A DNA stretch of 32,000 bases from Acholeplasma laidlawii PG-8A (GCF_000018785.1 NC_010163.1:450001-482000), one strand, 5' to 3'; shown: positions 16,621 to 27,000, numbered from the stretch's first letter. Made by a program: numbers and translations. Notes: generated by a model from the letters alone, not told the origin.

Positions 16621-17430
16621 ATGGAACAGTTAAAAACAATCATTTTGGAAAGAAGAAAAACATTAAGACTTACTCAAAAAGAGTTAGCCCAAAAACTTAA
16701 TGTATCAGACAAGGTGATAAGTAAATGGGAAACAGGCAGTAGTCTACCCGATATTACACTTATCAATCCACTCGCAGAACTACTAGGGATTACGGTATCA
16801 GAACTCTTAAGTGCTAAAGAATTGTCTAAACCTGTCTTAAATGAAGAGGTAAACCTTAAAATCATTACTAAATTTAAAGTGTTATACTTTATAGCTTTAG
16901 GTTTATTTATAGTATCTTTACTAATTTTCCCATTTGGAAATTATTTAGTGACCAAGAATGAAGAGGCAATTGGTATGATACTTATTGTCATATCTATCAT
17001 ATTTTTAATCAGTAGCATCATCACGTATTTAGTAAATAACGTATGGTTTAGAGGACTTTATACGAAGTACTTTTATAGAAAACCTTATGATTTAGTCTTC
17101 TATAAATATAACTTAGTAGTGATAGATATAGTAAGTATTACTTTATATGCACTAACACTTATGGTAAATCATTTAGCTTTTTTATTAATTATTGCAATCA
17201 TAATCAGTACAATCATTTTCTTGGGAAAACATAAATTGGCTAAATCTACAATGTATATTTTTAAAAATAGAAATCAGTTATTGTTTATAATAGCATTATA
17301 TTTAATAAGTTTACTGATATTTATTATTTCATATCTTTATGGTAAGTCATGGATGACAATCTTTTTTACAATACCTTTATATATATCTATCACAAGTTAT
17401 AAGTTTTATCGACTAGACTACTCAAATTAA
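16621..17430 (+). CDS. Membrane-anchored XRE-family (Cro/C1 HTH) transcriptional regulator
   Basis: N-terminal LRLTQKELAQKLNVSDKVISKWETGSSLPDITLINPLAELLGITVSELL, followed by about 5 hydrophobic helices. SD GGAGGT. Confidence 0.85.
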   Translation: MEQLKTIILERRKTLRLTQKELAQKLNVSDKVISKWETGSSLPDITLINPLAELLGITVSELLSAKELSKPVLNEEVNLKIITKFKVLYFIALGLFIVSLLIFPFGNYLVTKNEEAIGMILIVISIIFLISSIITYLVNNVWFRGLYTKYFYRKPYDLVFYKYNLVVIDIVSITLYALTLMVNHLAFLLIIAIIISTIIFLGKHKLAKSTMYIFKNRNQLLFIIALYLISLLIFIISYLYGKSWMTIFFTIPLYISITSYKFYRLDYSN

Positions 17431-17442
17431 TACATATGAAAT

Positions 17443-17478
17443 GGCTTGATAATCATAATTTGATGTCAAGCCTTTTTT
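17443..17478 (+). terminator. Rho-independent terminator
   Basis: ggcttga (17443-17449) / tcaagcc (17466-17472) followed by T6. The loop is rather large. Confidence 0.6.
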
Positions 17479-17566
17479 ACCTTAAATAAGTATAATTAAG
17501 AAAACGTCTATTGTATCAATTATTTGCTATAATGATGTAAAGCATATAAAACAAAAATGGGGATAG

Positions 17567-18061
17567 ATGAACATGGATTTTAATCATATCACTATAGAAT
17601 ATATTAGCGATATAAATTCTGAACAACTTCAAAATATAGAAAGATCAGATGTGAGTGAATCTTTTGTAGATTCCTTAGATTCTATTAATGCATATACGAA
17701 TTATGGACTTGAGCATCATTTAAAAGGACATACATATTTAATAAAATATCAAAATGTACTTGCTGGTGTATTACTCATAGGAGAAGGGATTAGTTGGGAA
17801 ACAGATCCTCTAGAACTCAAAGACGTGCCCTTTTACAGATTGATGGATTTTATAATTATTCAAAAATATAGAAATGTTGGATTGGGTTCTTTTGTGATTG
17901 AAAAAGTTATTTCTAATATGTATGAAGAATTTGGTGTAAGACCAATTGTCTTAGGAGTACATAAAGATAACATTGGAGCTGAAAAATTCTACTACAAGCA
18001 CGGGTTTGTTAAAACAAACTATATGGACGACGATGATTATTACTTTATTCGCTGGACTTAG
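17567..18061 (+). CDS. GNAT family N-acetyltransferase
   Basis: QKYRNVGLGSFVIEKV (R/QxxGxG acetyl-CoA motif) and the C-terminal AEKFYYKHGF. Confidence 0.8.
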   Translation: MNMDFNHITIEYISDINSEQLQNIERSDVSESFVDSLDSINAYTNYGLEHHLKGHTYLIKYQNVLAGVLLIGEGISWETDPLELKDVPFYRLMDFIIIQKYRNVGLGSFVIEKVISNMYEEFGVRPIVLGVHKDNIGAEKFYYKHGFVKTNYMDDDDYYFIRWT

Positions 18062-18192
18062 TCATAAAAAGGAAAAAAAATATAAAAACATATATCATCA
18101 AGTAAGTCAAATGTTTACAGTAATTAACGATAATGTGAAATTTATTAATTTATAGTGTATAATAAAACGAATCATTTTTTGGGAGAGAAAGC

Positions 18193-19269
18193 ATGTTCAT
18201 TAAATCTATGATTAAGGGTCTATTTTTTAATATGAACCCTTTATTTGAACGTAATAAGCATGACATTATACGTTACAATAAACAACTAATACCTATCGCA
18301 TTTATTTTTTCATTGGTTACTATTTTAATCCCAATGTTTTTTTCACTATTTAGACCATCCATGCTAGAAACCTTACCGGCTTATCTAGTTATATTTAGTG
18401 TTTTTATACTTTTACTTATCCTATTTAACTTTAAACCATTTCATGAAAAACCTTTAGTGTTTGCTTATACATTTGGTATTGTTTTCTTTATATTTGTAGT
18501 ATACCTAAGTATAGATAGATTTCAATCTAGACCAGCTGGTACTGCACTCATATTCTTTGTTGTTGCACCTATAATATTTGTAGATAAACCATATAAGATA
18601 AACATCTATTTAGTGTTAATGTTTATTATTCATACGATATTATCTTTTCAATATAAGACGTTTGATATAGCCTCAGTTGATTTATTAAACACATTTATCA
18701 GTCTTGTAGCTGGCATGTTATTTGGTAGAATCTTCTTAGTCACTAGATTGAAAAATTTTGATATACACAGAGCACTTTTAATAGAAAGAGAAACAGACTT
18801 TTTAACAGGTCTACCAAACCGCCGATCACTATTTGAATATGCTCAAAAAGATACATTTAAGGCATATAATTATATGGGTCTTATGATGTTTGATATAGAC
18901 CGTTTTAAAAAGTATAACGATAACTATGGTCACTTAAATGGCGATCAAGTACTTACAGAATTTGCACGACTATTAGAAGTGTTTTCTAAAACATACCCAG
19001 TAAAATTTTACCGATATGGTGGTGAGGAGTTTATTGGAATCACGTACAACCTAGATAAATTAGAAATCATCAACCTAGCAAATCATATTAAAATGGATAC
19101 CTTTAAATTGAAAGTACCGTTTGAACAAATCACTACAAGTATTGGTGTTACTGTTACAGATAAAACTGATAATATAGATATAAATGATTTGATAGAACAA
19201 GCAGATAAAGCATTATACTCTGGTAAAAACAGTGGTAGAAATAAAGTGATTTTTTACGAGAAAAAATAA
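18193..19269 (+). CDS. Membrane-bound diguanylate cyclase (GGDEF domain)
   Basis: About 6 N-terminal TM helices, then DFLTGLPNRR, FDIDRFKKYNDNYGH, YRYGGEEF and ADKALYSGKNSGRN. There is no RxxD I-site directly upstream of GGEEF. Confidence 0.9.
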   Translation: MFIKSMIKGLFFNMNPLFERNKHDIIRYNKQLIPIAFIFSLVTILIPMFFSLFRPSMLETLPAYLVIFSVFILLLILFNFKPFHEKPLVFAYTFGIVFFIFVVYLSIDRFQSRPAGTALIFFVVAPIIFVDKPYKINIYLVLMFIIHTILSFQYKTFDIASVDLLNTFISLVAGMLFGRIFLVTRLKNFDIHRALLIERETDFLTGLPNRRSLFEYAQKDTFKAYNYMGLMMFDIDRFKKYNDNYGHLNGDQVLTEFARLLEVFSKTYPVKFYRYGGEEFIGITYNLDKLEIINLANHIKMDTFKLKVPFEQITTSIGVTVTDKTDNIDINDLIEQADKALYSGKNSGRNKVIFYEKK

Positions 19270-19282
19270 ATAAAAGTATAAG

Positions 19283-19325
19283 AAAAGGGCAGTTGTTTTT
19301 AGTGTGAACAGCTGCCCTTATTATT
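19283..19325. terminator. Bidirectional terminator between convergent genes
   Basis: aagggcag..tg / ca..ctgccctt stem, flanked by an A-run upstream and T-rich sequence downstream. Confidence 0.8.
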
Positions 19326-19332
19326 TAACTAT

Positions 19333-20820
19333 TTAAACGCGTTTATATGGTGTATAGCTTTTTTGAGGTTTGGTTTCTGGTTTTAATACAACAAACCCGT
19401 ATGGTTCTAATGTAAAATTCATGAGTCCAGCTAATAGCGTAACAGGTTTTGCTTTACCTAAAACAGTTTTAAAATTAGAATAATTCATTAATCTTGAATC
19501 TTTTAATAAGACAGTTTCAGAAACGTCCTCTTTAGATGGATTTATCGCGATGATACAAGTATCCTCAACTTTATCAGTAATACGCATATAACATAATAAG
19601 TCATCTGCATTTATGGCTATAAAATCACCAATTTTAAGAGATCTTTCTCTTTTATGAAGACTAATTAAAGATTGAGTCCACTTTAGAGTTTCATTTTTAT
19701 CATTAAATAAATCCCAGTTCATCGGTGCTCTATTCATTGGATCGTTTGCACCATCCATGCCAAGTTCAGTACCATAGTATAGATTGGGTGAACCTGGGAG
19801 TGTAAACTGCATCACTTGAGCAAGACGTTGTAGTTCCAGTTTAGGTAGAAGATGCTTTAATCTTGCAACATCGTGATTATCAAGTAAATTCCAAGATTTT
19901 AATATGGGTTCAATACCGGCATCATCAATGGTATCTTTAAGCATATGAATCGCTTTATGAGGTGATAGTTCACCTGATAACAATCTTAAAGTAATCTCTC
20001 TAAATGTAAAATTCATAACGCCGTCAATAGATTTTAACCATTTTTCGGGATAGTTCCAAATCTCACCTACAATCATGACATCAAGTTTATCTTTTCTAGC
20101 ATAATCTCTTAGTTCACTTAAGATATCAAAACCGATATCAAAAGCAACATCTAATCTCCAACCATCAATACCCATTTTAATATATGTTCTAATGACCGAA
20201 TCATCTTGTTTGAAGATATAGTTTTTAACATCTTCATGCTCTAAATTAAGTTCAGGTAAACTTGGGGCATCAGCCCATAATCGAACACCTCTAGGATAGC
20301 TATCATTAAAATCAAAGAAGTGTCTAAAGCCCTCATGTTTAAGTGCTTTTTGAAACATTGGGTTTCCTACACCAACATGGTTAAACACACCATCTAGCAT
20401 GATTTTCATATCATGAGCATGCACATTTTGAATCAGTTTTTTTAAATCCTCTTTTGTACCATATTCTTTAGATATCTCTAAAAAATTAGTTGCATCATAC
20501 TTATGGTTAGAAAGGGATTCAAAAATAGGGTTTAAGTATAATACATCTACACCAAGATGTTTAATATACTCTAAACGTTCATTTAAGCTATTTAAATCTC
20601 CACCCCAAAAATCTAGTTCATGAGACCAATACCTATGTTCTTCTAAGAATGTACCTGGTTTTGGTAAACTATGCCAATCATTTAGCGTTTTAGGATATAG
20701 ATATAACCCTTTTTTAGACTCTAAATGACTTGAAGGATTAAATCTATCCACTAAGACTTGATAAACTAATGCGCCATTTCGCCAATCATTTTCTCTTAAT
20801 TTAAATTTATTATTATTCAT
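19333..20820 (-). CDS. GH13 alpha-amylase family glycosidase (neopullulanase / maltodextrin glucosidase-like)
   Basis: DGVFNH, GWRLDVAFD (nucleophile Asp), VGEIWN (acid/base Glu), LLDNHDVAR. Start placed at ATG 20820 (MNNNKFKL...), preceded by GAGGTGA. The track start at 20883 has no SD. Confidence 0.9.
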   Translation of the reverse strand: MNNNKFKLRENDWRNGALVYQVLVDRFNPSSHLESKKGLYLYPKTLNDWHSLPKPGTFLEEHRYWSHELDFWGGDLNSLNERLEYIKHLGVDVLYLNPIFESLSNHKYDATNFLEISKEYGTKEDLKKLIQNVHAHDMKIMLDGVFNHVGVGNPMFQKALKHEGFRHFFDFNDSYPRGVRLWADAPSLPELNLEHEDVKNYIFKQDDSVIRTYIKMGIDGWRLDVAFDIGFDILSELRDYARKDKLDVMIVGEIWNYPEKWLKSIDGVMNFTFREITLRLLSGELSPHKAIHMLKDTIDDAGIEPILKSWNLLDNHDVARLKHLLPKLELQRLAQVMQFTLPGSPNLYYGTELGMDGANDPMNRAPMNWDLFNDKNETLKWTQSLISLHKRERSLKIGDFIAINADDLLCYMRITDKVEDTCIIAINPSKEDVSETVLLKDSRLMNYSNFKTVLGKAKPVTLLAGLMNFTLEPYGFVVLKPETKPQKSYTPYKRV

Positions 20821-21011
20821 GATTATCACCTCACTTTTAATTATAGACGAAATAAATTTAGTTTCTAGTAAAATCGTAAACATTCAATATACAAGCGGTT
20901 ACGTAATAGAAAAATAGATCAATATCATCAATCTTTATAAGTTTTTATAATATTGGACACTTGTATTAAGAAGCTTTGATATAATGAACTTATAAAGGGA
21001 GGATTAGGCTC

Positions 21012-22472
21012 ATGAAAAAAATAATAACTATAATATTTTTGTCTAGTTTATTAGTTGTTTTAGTTGCTTGTAGTGGTAACTATAATGGGGGTTACCTTCA
21101 AGATGAGAACTATAATTATATTTTTAATGATGATGAACATCAAGAAATAATAGAAAATCCATTTATTGATGTTTCTGTGAATAATAAATCTAACATATCC
21201 TTAAGTGCAAACACTGCATCTTATTCGTTTATCAGATCTCAAATTAATAGCGGACGCGCAGTAGATCGTAATGCCGTACGCATTGAAGAAATGGTCAATT
21301 TCTTCAATTATAACTATAATCAACCTGAAACAGATAAAACATTTGGGTTTAAATCTGAACTTATCCAAACACCATGGAATAATGAAACCCATTTACTATT
21401 AATAGGTTTAGAAACTAAACAGGTTGATTTAGGTGATATACCATCCAATATTGTTATTTTACTGGATGTATCTGGTTCTATGAGTGCTACAAACAAACTT
21501 TCACTAGCTAAAAAAGCAATGGAGTTATTAATCGAACAAATGAAACCTAATGATGTGATATCACTTGTTACCTATTCATCTGGTGAAAAGGTGGTTTTTA
21601 AGGGTAAAAGTATAGATGATATGGCCTATATGACAAGTCAAATCAGACTCTTAAAAGCAAGTGGTTCAACCGCTGGTAAAAAGGGACTTGATATGGCCTA
21701 TAAGGTGGCAGAAGAATACTTCATTGAAGGTGGAAACAACCGCATTATTTTAGCAACAGATGGTGATTTTAACGTAGGTATTTCCAGTACAGATATGCTT
21801 ATTGAATATATTTCTGAGAAAAGAGAAAGTGGCATTTACTTTTCTGCATATGGTTTTGGTTATGGTAACTTTAAAGATGAGAAGTTAGAACGCGTAGCTA
21901 AGGCTGGTAATGGGACATATCACTATATTGATGACATCATATCAGCTAGAAAGGCTTTTGTGGATAACATAGATGGTGTTTTATATACCGTTGCACGTGA
22001 TGCAAAGGCTCAAATTGTATTTGATGCATCTGCAGTATTAGAGTATCGTTTGATTGGTTATGAGAATAGACAATTAACAGATGATGAGTTTGATGATGGT
22101 ACAACCGATGCTGGTGAAATTGGTACAGGTCTTCAAGTGACTGCAATTTATGAATTAAAACTCAATGAAGGTGCTAGTGATGTTGGATCATTAACGATTC
22201 GTTATAAAAACCATGACATTACGGATGATACCCAACTTGAAGAAGCATTTACTGTTTTAAATGCAATTAATGAAAACCCAAGTGTCGATGCAAAATTCAT
22301 TAGTAGTGTCGTAGAATTTGGTCTTATTTTAATGGATTCTAAATATAAAGTGGATGCGGATCTTGGTGCAGTATTAGAACGTATTGAAACAGAAACTTAT
22401 AATCTAGAAGATTATTACAGAAATGATTTTATAGATGTATTAAACACCTATAAAGATATGACAACTTCTTAA
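21012..22472 (+). CDS. von Willebrand factor type A domain lipoprotein (YfbK-like)
   Basis: Lipobox LVAC-S. The N-terminal segment SYSFIRSQINSGR..DRNAVRIEEMVNFFNYNY is typical of vWA N-terminal modules. MIDAS DVSGSM...S..T. SD AGGGAGGA. Confidence 0.85.
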   Translation: MKKIITIIFLSSLLVVLVACSGNYNGGYLQDENYNYIFNDDEHQEIIENPFIDVSVNNKSNISLSANTASYSFIRSQINSGRAVDRNAVRIEEMVNFFNYNYNQPETDKTFGFKSELIQTPWNNETHLLLIGLETKQVDLGDIPSNIVILLDVSGSMSATNKLSLAKKAMELLIEQMKPNDVISLVTYSSGEKVVFKGKSIDDMAYMTSQIRLLKASGSTAGKKGLDMAYKVAEEYFIEGGNNRIILATDGDFNVGISSTDMLIEYISEKRESGIYFSAYGFGYGNFKDEKLERVAKAGNGTYHYIDDIISARKAFVDNIDGVLYTVARDAKAQIVFDASAVLEYRLIGYENRQLTDDEFDDGTTDAGEIGTGLQVTAIYELKLNEGASDVGSLTIRYKNHDITDDTQLEEAFTVLNAINENPSVDAKFISSVVEFGLILMDSKYKVDADLGAVLERIETETYNLEDYYRNDFIDVLNTYKDMTTS

Positions 22473-22484
22473 ACAAATATTCAT

Positions 22485-22526
22485 AAAGGTGCCTAATTAT
22501 AGGTTTATAATCGGGCACCTTTTTAT
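22485..22526 (+). terminator. Rho-independent terminator
   Basis: aaaggtgcc / ggcaccttt 9-bp stem with a 20-nt loop, followed by a T-run. Confidence 0.65.
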
Positions 22527-22597
22527 TATAAGTAGGTTACATCATAACTCGTGATATAATCAAAATAGATTATGAACATGCTAAAGGGATAAAGTAT

Positions 22598-23713
22598 ATG
22601 ATCATTAAAGAAGTTATAACCAAGAAGGAAGCTAAGTTATTTACCAACTTTCCTAATAAACTTTTCAAACATATAGGGGCTTATGTACCTGCTTTAAGTT
22701 TTGATGAGTTGAATGTCTTTGATAAGAATAAGAACCCTGCACATATGTACTGTGAAAGTGTAAGGTTTTTAGCCATTAAAGATGATAAAATCGTTGGACG
22801 TATTGCAGGTATTATTAATCATAAATATAACGAATCATTTGATACTAAAATAGTTAGATTTACCAGAATTGATATGATCGATGATATTGAGGTTACAACA
22901 AAACTCATAGATAGTGTGATAGGTTGGGGTAAATCTAAGGGTATGACAGAAATTATTGGTCCGATTGGTTTTACCGATATGGATCGTATGGGTATGCTTG
23001 TTGAAGGATTTGAGTACTTAAACATGTTTATCACCATTTGGAATCCACCGTACTATAAAGAACACTTAGAAACTTTGGGATTTGTAAAAGATGTAGACTG
23101 GATTGAATCCGTCATACCATGGCCAAGTGTGGTGCCTGAAAAAGTGACTAGAGGGGCACATATTACAAGACGCAGATTTGGTTATGAGTTAGTAAAATAT
23201 AAAAGAAAAAAAGATATTTTACAACATATCTATGAAGCATTTGATGTATATAACAGAGCCTTTCATGACTTATATGGATTCTTTCCAGTAACTAAAGAAG
23301 TGATGGATTATTATATTAAACAAATGATTAGTTTAGTGAAACTAGATTTTGTATGGTTTGTTTTTGATAAACATAAGAAAGTGATTGGTTTTGGTTTAAT
23401 GATGCCAAGCTTAGCGCTTGCGAATAAAAAATCAAATGGTAGACTTTTACCGTTTGGTTTGTTTAGATTATTACGTGCTTTAAAAAGATTTAAAACCATC
23501 GATTTTTACTTTATTGCCGTGGATCCAAATCACCAGGGTACAGGCGTATTATCGATGATCATGGAAGATGGTATCAAACAAGGTATTAAGTATGGCGTAC
23601 TACAAGCTTTAACCGGTCCTGAACTAGAACTGAATGTAAAAATACAGACACAGTGGAAGGATTTTAATCCATCAAATTATAAACGTCGTCGCTGTTATAA
23701 AAAAAATATTTAA
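22598..23713 (+). CDS. GNAT-like acyl-CoA N-acyltransferase superfamily protein (371 aa)
   Basis: C-terminal FIAVDPNHQGTGVLSMIM (QxxGxG/A acetyl-CoA motif). The overall family is recognised only loosely. Confidence 0.55.
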   Translation: MIIKEVITKKEAKLFTNFPNKLFKHIGAYVPALSFDELNVFDKNKNPAHMYCESVRFLAIKDDKIVGRIAGIINHKYNESFDTKIVRFTRIDMIDDIEVTTKLIDSVIGWGKSKGMTEIIGPIGFTDMDRMGMLVEGFEYLNMFITIWNPPYYKEHLETLGFVKDVDWIESVIPWPSVVPEKVTRGAHITRRRFGYELVKYKRKKDILQHIYEAFDVYNRAFHDLYGFFPVTKEVMDYYIKQMISLVKLDFVWFVFDKHKKVIGFGLMMPSLALANKKSNGRLLPFGLFRLLRALKRFKTIDFYFIAVDPNHQGTGVLSMIMEDGIKQGIKYGVLQALTGPELELNVKIQTQWKDFNPSNYKRRRCYKKNI

Positions 23714-23810
23714 ACGTAAGACTTATTAGAGATATTTTATAAATTGTTGTGATACAATGACTTATCAAATTAAATCAACTTTGTTTTAGTACGGGAGAGG
23801 TACTAGTAAA

Positions 23811-24977
23811 ATGAATGTAGAAAATCTTTTTAGTATCATGATAGTTGTTTTCGCTGCAATTATAGCTTTATCACTAGCTGTAACACACCGTTATGTGAAA
23901 ACAATTTATCGGGGCATAAATTTTTTAGCCATGGGTGTAGTGGGGCATATTATCGGATTTATAATTTATATTGGTCTTTATATACAGACTGATTGGATCA
24001 AATACTTTATTGGAAATGGTATCTTTTTATCAGGTACTTTTTTGCTGCATAAAGGTTTAAACCAGTTTATGGAACGAGAAGTGAGTTACAAAAGAGCATA
24101 TAGTATCTTAAGCATTGGCGTTATTCTTGGTATCTTATTTTTCTTTTTTGAACCTAATTTAGTGTATCGTCAAAACTTAATCTCGTTTTTAATTATTTAC
24201 CTTGTGGTAGAGATATTAAATAGTGTCATTAAATCTACCGATAAAATAAAAGCTACCCTAAAGTTTCCAATCTATGTATTTTGTACACTATTTCTACTAC
24301 TTATGATGGCACGCTTTATCGCAGTGAATAATCATATAATATTAGAATTGATTCCAGGCCAAGACTTTACTTATAATTTTTTATCAAATATTATTGGTGG
24401 TATCTTATTTGTAGTATTAGGTTTTATGATTTCTGTAATTATTAATATTAGAGCAATAACCGATTTGAAAATAGAACGTGCCCTAATGGAAAAAATCTCA
24501 GTAACAGATCACTTAACTGGTTTACCAAACCGTTTAGCTTTAGAAAAGTATGTATCTAAAATAGAACATAATGGTCAACCTTATGCAGTCATCATTGCAG
24601 ACATTGATGAATTTAAGAAAATAAATGATACCTATGGTCATATGATTGGTGATAAAGTAATTGTAGAATTTTCTAAAGCGTTACTTAATTTAAATGATGA
24701 TCGTATGTTTACAGCAAGATATGGCGGTGATGAATTTGTCACAATTGTTAAACGCTTTGAATCAGTAGACACATTAAAGAGTAATATTGCTAAGACAATT
24801 AGTACGATAGGCACACAAATTAAAGTCAATGAGCATCATTTTAATTTAACCCTCTCAGTTGGTGTTGCAATCTATCCTCATCATGGTACTGAAATTTATG
24901 AACTTATTCATAAAGCAGATGCAGCTTTAGGGGATATTAAAACAAGTGGTAAAAACAGTATAAGGTTTTATGTATAA
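23811..24977 (+). CDS. Membrane-bound diguanylate cyclase (GGDEF domain)
   Basis: About 6 TM helices, then DHLTGLPNRL, ADIDEFKKINDTYGH, ARYGGDEF and ADAALGDIKTSGKN. Confidence 0.9.
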   Translation: MNVENLFSIMIVVFAAIIALSLAVTHRYVKTIYRGINFLAMGVVGHIIGFIIYIGLYIQTDWIKYFIGNGIFLSGTFLLHKGLNQFMEREVSYKRAYSILSIGVILGILFFFFEPNLVYRQNLISFLIIYLVVEILNSVIKSTDKIKATLKFPIYVFCTLFLLLMMARFIAVNNHIILELIPGQDFTYNFLSNIIGGILFVVLGFMISVIINIRAITDLKIERALMEKISVTDHLTGLPNRLALEKYVSKIEHNGQPYAVIIADIDEFKKINDTYGHMIGDKVIVEFSKALLNLNDDRMFTARYGGDEFVTIVKRFESVDTLKSNIAKTISTIGTQIKVNEHHFNLTLSVGVAIYPHHGTEIYELIHKADAALGDIKTSGKNSIRFYV

Positions 24978-25016
24978 AAAAGGACCATCTTTCATTCGAA
25001 AGGTGATCCTTTTTGT
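24976..25016. terminator. Bidirectional terminator between convergent genes
   Basis: aggaccatctttc / gaaaggtgatcct (11 of 13 pairs), flanked by A5 and T-rich runs. Confidence 0.65.
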
Positions 25017-25017
25017 T

Positions 25018-26892
25018 TTATTTTTTAGCTAACATGCGTAAACCATTTAAGATAACTAATATGGTAGAACCTTCATGGGCTACAACGCCAAATGGAAGAT
25101 TGACTAATCCAAAGATATTAAATGAAAGTAATGTAAGTATAACAAGCAATGAGAATATCATATTTTGATAGATGATAGATTGATTAGCTTTTGAGATTCT
25201 AAAGATCTTATCAATGTTTTCAATTTTATTATTCATGAAGATGATATCCGCAGTTTCAAGTGACACATCAGATCCACTTCCCATAGAGGCACCAATGTCT
25301 GCAATGGCTAGTGCTGGTGCATCATTTACACCGTCTCCAACCATCATGACTTTACCATATTGTTTTTGAAGTTCGATAATGTGTGCACTCTTTTCATGTG
25401 GTAATGCATCTGAAATAATAACATCAATACCCGCTTTTTGCGCAATCGCGTGAGCTGTTGCATTGTTATCACCTGTAAGAAGAATAGGTATGATGTTTTC
25501 TTTTTTAAGTTTCATGACCATTTCTTTAACGTTTGGTCTTAATTTATCAATGAGTGAAATATAACCAATTAAATGATCATTCAAGATAATTTGAACAATA
25601 GAGTTACCGTTGGATTGGCTTTCTACCATTTTTGGAGTCACTACATCAGATTTATTATGTTCAAACTTTCCAATTTTATATTCATCTTTACCTAATTTAA
25701 GTGACATACCTTTTCCAGGTATTTCTGTTACTGGATTTGGTTTATAGGTTGTTGAATCTTCTAAAAAAGTAGTAATTGCACTTGCTAGCGCATGATTAGA
25801 TAGTTTTTCTACTGAGTAGACAATATCAAGAATATCTTGTTTATTATAATTAGGATCGACAAATACATCAACAACTGCAGGTTTACCTTCTGTGATTGTA
25901 CCAGTCTTATCAAATACCACAACTTTGATGCGACTTAAGTCTTCTAAGTATTTACCACCTTTAATTAATACTCTACCTCTTGCAGCATTAGATAAAGTAG
26001 ATAACATTGTAGGTGCAACACTTGCCATAAGTGCACATGGAGAACCAACAACTAACACAACCGTACCACGGTAGAATGCTTGATCCCAAGTCCATGTGTT
26101 AGTTAGTGGTGGAATCAGCATGAAACCTATCGCAAGAAGTATTACAAAATACACATACCATTTTTCGATTTTTTCAATACGTGTTTGTGTATGACCTTGA
26201 TTATCTTGTGCATCGCGAACAAGTTTAATAATTTTATTGACAACGAACTCTTCTGGTCGTGTTGTAATCTTAACTAAAATCGCTGAGTTTAGATTATATG
26301 TACCTGCAAATACCTCTTCATTTTCACCTTTATTTACTGGCATAGATTCACCAGTAATTGCAGCTTGGTTAATTGCGGTTGAACCTTTAAAGATAAGACC
26401 ATCAACTGGAATTGCATCCCCAACCTTTACAATAACAATGTCTCCAAGTTTAAGATCATTAATTGCTACAACCGTCTCTACACCATCTTGGTAAAGGGTT
26501 GCTCTTTCAGGCGAAAGATTTAATAAAGAAGTTAATTCTTTTTGTGATTTATTATGTGCAAATGTTTCCATTAAACCAGAAATTGCAAATATCATAATAA
26601 GTAATGCGGCTTCAAGTGGATTACCAATGATAAATGCTGACACAGCTGCAATAATCATCAAGATTTCTACGTTTAATGCCTTGTTAGCAATAGTTTCTTC
26701 AACACCTTCTTTAGCTTTGAAGAATCCACCTAATACAAAGGACAATGCGTATAACACGACAAGTGGTGTTGGAACAATGTCACCAGTATTTGGCATCACT
26801 GTAAAGTTTAATATGACGGCTACTACTAAGAGTAGAACCGATGTGACAACGAACATAAGTTCGATATTTAATCTAGTAAATATTTTTTTCAT
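25018..26892 (-). CDS. P1B-4-type heavy-metal P-type ATPase (SPC motif; Co/Zn/Fe(II)-exporter class, PfeT/CtpD-like)
   Basis: TGES, SPC in the TM helix (VVGSPCALM), DKTGTIT, GDGVNDAPAL, HEGST in the last TM. There is no N-terminal HMA domain. Start placed at ATG 26892 (MKKIFTRL...), preceded by GAGG. Confidence 0.88.
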   Translation of the reverse strand: MKKIFTRLNIELMFVVTSVLLLVVAVILNFTVMPNTGDIVPTPLVVLYALSFVLGGFFKAKEGVEETIANKALNVEILMIIAAVSAFIIGNPLEAALLIMIFAISGLMETFAHNKSQKELTSLLNLSPERATLYQDGVETVVAINDLKLGDIVIVKVGDAIPVDGLIFKGSTAINQAAITGESMPVNKGENEEVFAGTYNLNSAILVKITTRPEEFVVNKIIKLVRDAQDNQGHTQTRIEKIEKWYVYFVILLAIGFMLIPPLTNTWTWDQAFYRGTVVLVVGSPCALMASVAPTMLSTLSNAARGRVLIKGGKYLEDLSRIKVVVFDKTGTITEGKPAVVDVFVDPNYNKQDILDIVYSVEKLSNHALASAITTFLEDSTTYKPNPVTEIPGKGMSLKLGKDEYKIGKFEHNKSDVVTPKMVESQSNGNSIVQIILNDHLIGYISLIDKLRPNVKEMVMKLKKENIIPILLTGDNNATAHAIAQKAGIDVIISDALPHEKSAHIIELQKQYGKVMMVGDGVNDAPALAIADIGASMGSGSDVSLETADIIFMNNKIENIDKIFRISKANQSIIYQNMIFSLLVILTLLSFNIFGLVNLPFGVVAHEGSTILVILNGLRMLAKK

Positions 26893-26914
26893 ATAGACCT
26901 CGTTTCTTAGTAAT

Positions 26915-26943
26915 AATCTACCACCAATATTATAAATAGTCAA
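26915..26943 (-). promoter_or_regulatory. Candidate promoter of the ATPase gene
   Basis: On the minus strand: TTGACT (26943-26938), 17-nt spacer, TAGATT (26920-26915). Confidence 0.5.
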
Positions 26944-26969
26944 CTTATTTATAAAAATAATTACCTTAT

Positions 26970-26984
26970 TTATAATAATTATAA
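26970..26984. promoter_or_regulatory. Perfect PerR/Fur-family 7-1-7 box TTATAATAATTATAA
   Basis: Exact match to the B. subtilis Per-box consensus TTATAATnATTATAA, located upstream of the P1B-4 ATPase. Confidence 0.55.
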
Positions 26985-27000
26985 TGAGCAAGTGTTCTAT

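Noticed and set aside
17973-18155. A 60-aa plus-strand ORF overlapping the 3' end of the GNAT gene
   Set aside because: It is out of frame with and overlaps a well-supported gene. It has no SD and runs through an A-rich intergenic region.
20889-20904. cre / LacI-family operator (tacaagcggttacgta) upstream of the GH13 gene
   Set aside because: It only partly matches the cre consensus TGWAANCGNTNWCA, with about 3 key mismatches on either strand, and the half-sites are not palindromic. The ttacgtaa palindrome alone is too short.
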